This document shows positions 61,413 to 64,000 of a stretch of DNA of 64,000 nt, in pieces. The position numbers were made by a program, and so were the translations under genes. Within the stretch, counting starts at the first letter, position 1; every line of letters begins with the position of its first letter. This DNA comes from Burkholderiales bacterium (GTDB lineage: Bacteria; Pseudomonadota; Gammaproteobacteria; Burkholderiales; SG8-39): NCBI GenBank assembly GCA_035550695.1, contig DASZOS010000007.1, positions 19,433 through 83,432 on the forward strand, in the 5' to 3' direction. The notes beneath the pieces are model-generated. The model was not told the DNA's origin. It did no database searches and saw nothing but the letters and a program-made list of their open reading frames with translations.

Positions 61413-63223
61413 ACCGCGCGCTGCCGGTGCTCGCGGTGCTGATCGCGCTCCTCGGCGTCATCGCTTTCCCGTTCATGCGCGCGCTGGAAAACCGGCTGCT
61501 CGACAGCTTCGTGCGCACGCAGGCCGCGCTCCTCGCCCCCGACCCGGACATCGTGCTCGTCGAGATCGACGAGAAAAGCCTCGCCGCCATGGAAAAGGAG
61601 GCCGGCCGCTGGCCCTGGCCGCGCGTGGTCTATGCCGACCTCGTCGAGGGGCTGGCGGCGCAGAAGCCGCGCGCCATCGTGTTCGACATCATGTTCACCG
61701 AGGCCGACCGGTTCCGCCCGCAGGACGACGCGGCGTTCGGCGAAACGGCCGCCAAGCATCCCAACGTGTATTTCCCGCTCCTGCGCCTGCCGTCGGGCGG
61801 CGACAAGAACGGCGTGCTTCTCGCCGAGCTCGCTCCTGATCTCGGCCTCATCCGGTCAAAAGGCGCGCGGGCCGATGCGCGCGCCGCGGTCGTGCCGCCG
61901 CTCGCGCTTCCGCGCCGTACCTACGCCCGCACCGGGCTCATCAGCTTCACGGAAGACCCGGACGGCGTCGGGCGGCGCCATTTGCTGCGCGAGGTGATCG
62001 GCGGCTGGCACATCCCTTCGCTTGCGGCGCGCGTCGCCCTGGATCTTGGCTTTCCCGTTCCCGACCAGGACGAGTTCGTGCTCGCCTGGCGCGCCGCTGC
62101 GCGCAGCTTCCCGCGCTCCTCCTTCAGCGACCTTTACGAGGACTTCAACCGCTCGGCGCGCAAGCGGGCTCCCGACGAATTCGCCGGCAAGATCGTGATC
62201 GTGGGCGCCGCGGCAAGCGGCTTGCAGGACCTGCGCGTCACCCCGCTCTCGAGCCTGCATCCCGGCGCCGAGATCCTCGGCACGGCGATCGAGAACCTGA
62301 AGAACGCCCGCCAGATGCGCTATGCGCCGCTGTGGTGGAGCGCGTTGGTGGGCTTTGTTCTCATCGCCCTCGTGTTCGCCGCGTTGCGGCTGAATACCGA
62401 TACCCGCCTCATCGGCGCGGGGCTCGCGATCGCCTCGCTCACGCTTCTCGTGGCGTGCTGGTTCGCCGCGGGCCGGCTCACCCTCATCCCGATGCTCACG
62501 CCGCTGGCGGCCGCCTGGACCTTCTACGCCGCGGGCGCGGTCGCCGAGCACCTGCGCGAGCGCCGCGCGCGCCGCGAGGCGATCGCGATGTTCTCGCGCT
62601 TCGTCAACCCGCATGTCGTAAGACAGCTCGTCGAGCGCGGCGGCATCGAAGGCGCGGGGCAGTCGCGCGAGGTGACGCTGCTTTTCTCCGATATCCGCGG
62701 CTTCACCACGCTATCCGAGACGCGCAAACCCGAGGAGGTGGTCGCGCTTCTCAACCGCTACTTCTCGCTCCAGGTCGACGTGGTGTTCCGCCACGGCGGC
62801 TCGCTCGACAAGTTCATCGGCGACGCGATCATGGCGCTGTGGGGCGCGCCGCTCGAGGACCCCGAGCACGCGCGCCACGCGGTCGCCTGCGCGCTCGACA
62901 TGGCCGACACCCTCGCCGAGTTCAGGCGCGAGCTCGGCGCGGCGGCAAGCGACTTCGACGTCGGCATCGGCATCCATTCGGGCCGCGCGGTGGTCGGGCT
63001 GATCGGCTCGGAGAAGCGCCGCGAGTACACCGCGATCGGCGACGCCGTCAACCTCGCAAGTCGCATCGAGGGGCTCACCAAGGAAGCGAAGCGCCGCATC
63101 CTCGCGTCGCGCGACACCGTCGAGCGCTGCGGCGATGCCTTCGAATTCGCCTCCTGCGGAACTTTCCCTGTCAAGGGACGCGCGCAGCCGGTAGAGTTGT
63201 TCGAGCCGCGCCGCAAGCCATGA
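61409..63223 (+). CDS. CHASE2-sensor class III adenylate/guanylate cyclase
   Basis: N-terminal TM segment, a periplasmic CHASE2-like region ([23 protein letters not shown]), three TM segments, and a catalytic CHD ([58 protein letters not shown]). Confidence 0.9.
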   Translation: MNRALPVLAVLIALLGVIAFPFMRALENRLLDSFVRTQAALLAPDPDIVLVEIDEKSLAAMEKEAGRWPWPRVVYADLVEGLAAQKPRAIVFDIMFTEADRFRPQDDAAFGETAAKHPNVYFPLLRLPSGGDKNGVLLAELAPDLGLIRSKGARADARAAVVPPLALPRRTYARTGLISFTEDPDGVGRRHLLREVIGGWHIPSLAARVALDLGFPVPDQDEFVLAWRAAARSFPRSSFSDLYEDFNRSARKRAPDEFAGKIVIVGAAASGLQDLRVTPLSSLHPGAEILGTAIENLKNARQMRYAPLWWSALVGFVLIALVFAALRLNTDTRLIGAGLAIASLTLLVACWFAAGRLTLIPMLTPLAAAWTFYAAGAVAEHLRERRARREAIAMFSRFVNPHVVRQLVERGGIEGAGQSREVTLLFSDIRGFTTLSETRKPEEVVALLNRYFSLQVDVVFRHGGSLDKFIGDAIMALWGAPLEDPEHARHAVACALDMADTLAEFRRELGAAASDFDVGIGIHSGRAVVGLIGSEKRREYTAIGDAVNLASRIEGLTKEAKRRILASRDTVERCGDAFEFASCGTFPVKGRAQPVELFEPRRKP

Positions 63224-63687
63224 AAGCGATCTGTATTCTGCTTTTACTTCCGCTCCTCGCCTGGGCCGAGCCCGCTGCCGTCATCCGCGCGACCGAGCTG
63301 AAGAAGGACCCGGCGACCGACGCCCCGACAGTCGCCGAACTGCCGGAAAGCACTAGCGTCGATGCGCTGGAGCGCCGCGGTGGCTGGACGCGCGTCAGGG
63401 CCGCCGGCGCCGAGGGCTGGGTGAAGATGCTCGCGCTGCGCTACGGCACGCCGGGCCGGCAGGGCGAGAGCGGGCTTGCGCAGATCTTCAACGTGGCGCG
63501 CACCGGCTCGAGCGGCGCGCAGGTCACGACCGGGGTCCGCGGCCTCGACGCCGAGAGTATCGCCGGCGCCCAGCCCAACCCCGCGGAGCTGCAGAAAATG
63601 CAGGCCTACGCCGCCACCCCGGATGCGGCGGCAGCGTTCGCCGCGCAGGCGAAGCTGCAGGCGGTCGCCGTGGAGGAGCCGCAATGA
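63220..63687 (+). CDS. Secreted SH3b-domain protein
   Basis: Signal peptide [16 protein letters not shown], then an SH3-like block [11 protein letters not shown]...[24 protein letters not shown] overlaps on both sides. Confidence 0.6.
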   Translation: MKAICILLLLPLLAWAEPAAVIRATELKKDPATDAPTVAELPESTSVDALERRGGWTRVRAAGAEGWVKMLALRYGTPGRQGESGLAQIFNVARTGSSGAQVTTGVRGLDAESIAGAQPNPAELQKMQAYAATPDAAAAFAAQAKLQAVAVEEPQ

Positions 63688-64000
63688 TCCGCGCGGCTGT
63701 CCTCGCCGCGGCGCTCGTCGCTCTCCCGGCGCATGCGCAGTTCAACTTCGACCTCAACCGCGCGATCGAGTCGGTGAGGAAGCTCGGCCGGGCCACGACC
63801 GAGATCGACGAAAAGCAGGAGATCGAGATCGGCCGCGACATGGCCGCGCGCCTGCTCGGCGCCGCGCCGCTCGTGAACGACGCGCGCCTGCAGCGCTACG
63901 TCAACAACGTCGGCCGCTGGCTCGCCTCGCAGACCGAGCGACCGGGCCTGCCGTGGCGCTTCGGCGTGCTCGACGCGCCGCAGGTCAACGCCTTCGCCGT
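63684..64000 (+). CDS. M48-family periplasmic metalloprotease (5' part; continues past the right edge)
   Basis: Signal peptide [18 protein letters not shown], then EIGRDMAARLLG...LVNDARLQRYVNNVGRWLA...WRFGVLDAPQVNAFA, the block that typically precedes HExxH in M48 proteases. Confidence 0.7.
   Translation, partial: MIRAAVLAAALVALPAHAQFNFDLNRAIESVRKLGRATTEIDEKQEIEIGRDMAARLLGAAPLVNDARLQRYVNNVGRWLASQTERPGLPWRFGVLDAPQVNAFA

Overview
This is a GC-rich, very tightly packed chromosomal core region. The gene order (rplY-pth-ychF, prs, tRNA-Gln, ispE-lolB, ftsYEX-rpoH, an aa3-type cox cluster, dapF-DUF484-xerC) and an SAH riboswitch in front of ahcY suggest a Betaproteobacterium; that assignment is inference. 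About 80 CDS are supportable. Most are housekeeping genes, and many are joined by ATGA, GTGA, TTGA or TGATG overlaps. Non-coding features I can support are one tRNA-Gln(UUG), an SAH riboswitch with an intrinsic-terminator expression platform, two sigma-32-type heat-shock promoters (hslVU, hsp20) with rpoH itself in the window, one rho-independent terminator, and two families of palindromic repeats. One repeat family forms the inverted termini of a RAYT (REP-associated HUH tyrosine transposase) gene and recurs as a 194-bp REPIN-like element 10 kb away. Accessory or unusual content: (1) a PIN/RHH toxin-antitoxin pair; (2) an ECF sigma, a 59-aa zinc-type anti-sigma and a Cys-rich CWC protein sitting among heat-shock genes; (3) a Hanks kinase coupled to a degenerate cyclase-homology membrane protein; (4) a riboswitch-led gene string (ahcY, ApbA-family reductase, divergent MTHFR-like, CHASE2 cyclase, SH3b protein, M48 protease) with no intergenic space; (5) a Zn-uptake-like cluster without an ATPase; (6) a GnnA/GnnB-like pair next to two lipid A acyltransferases; (7) a cox cluster lacking ctaA; (8) two genes that can only start at CTG inside a CTGA stop/start overlap. 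There is no CRISPR array, rRNA or prophage. The long Arg/Ala-rich antisense ORFs in the track are GC artefacts. All family assignments come from motif recognition by eye and need database confirmation.
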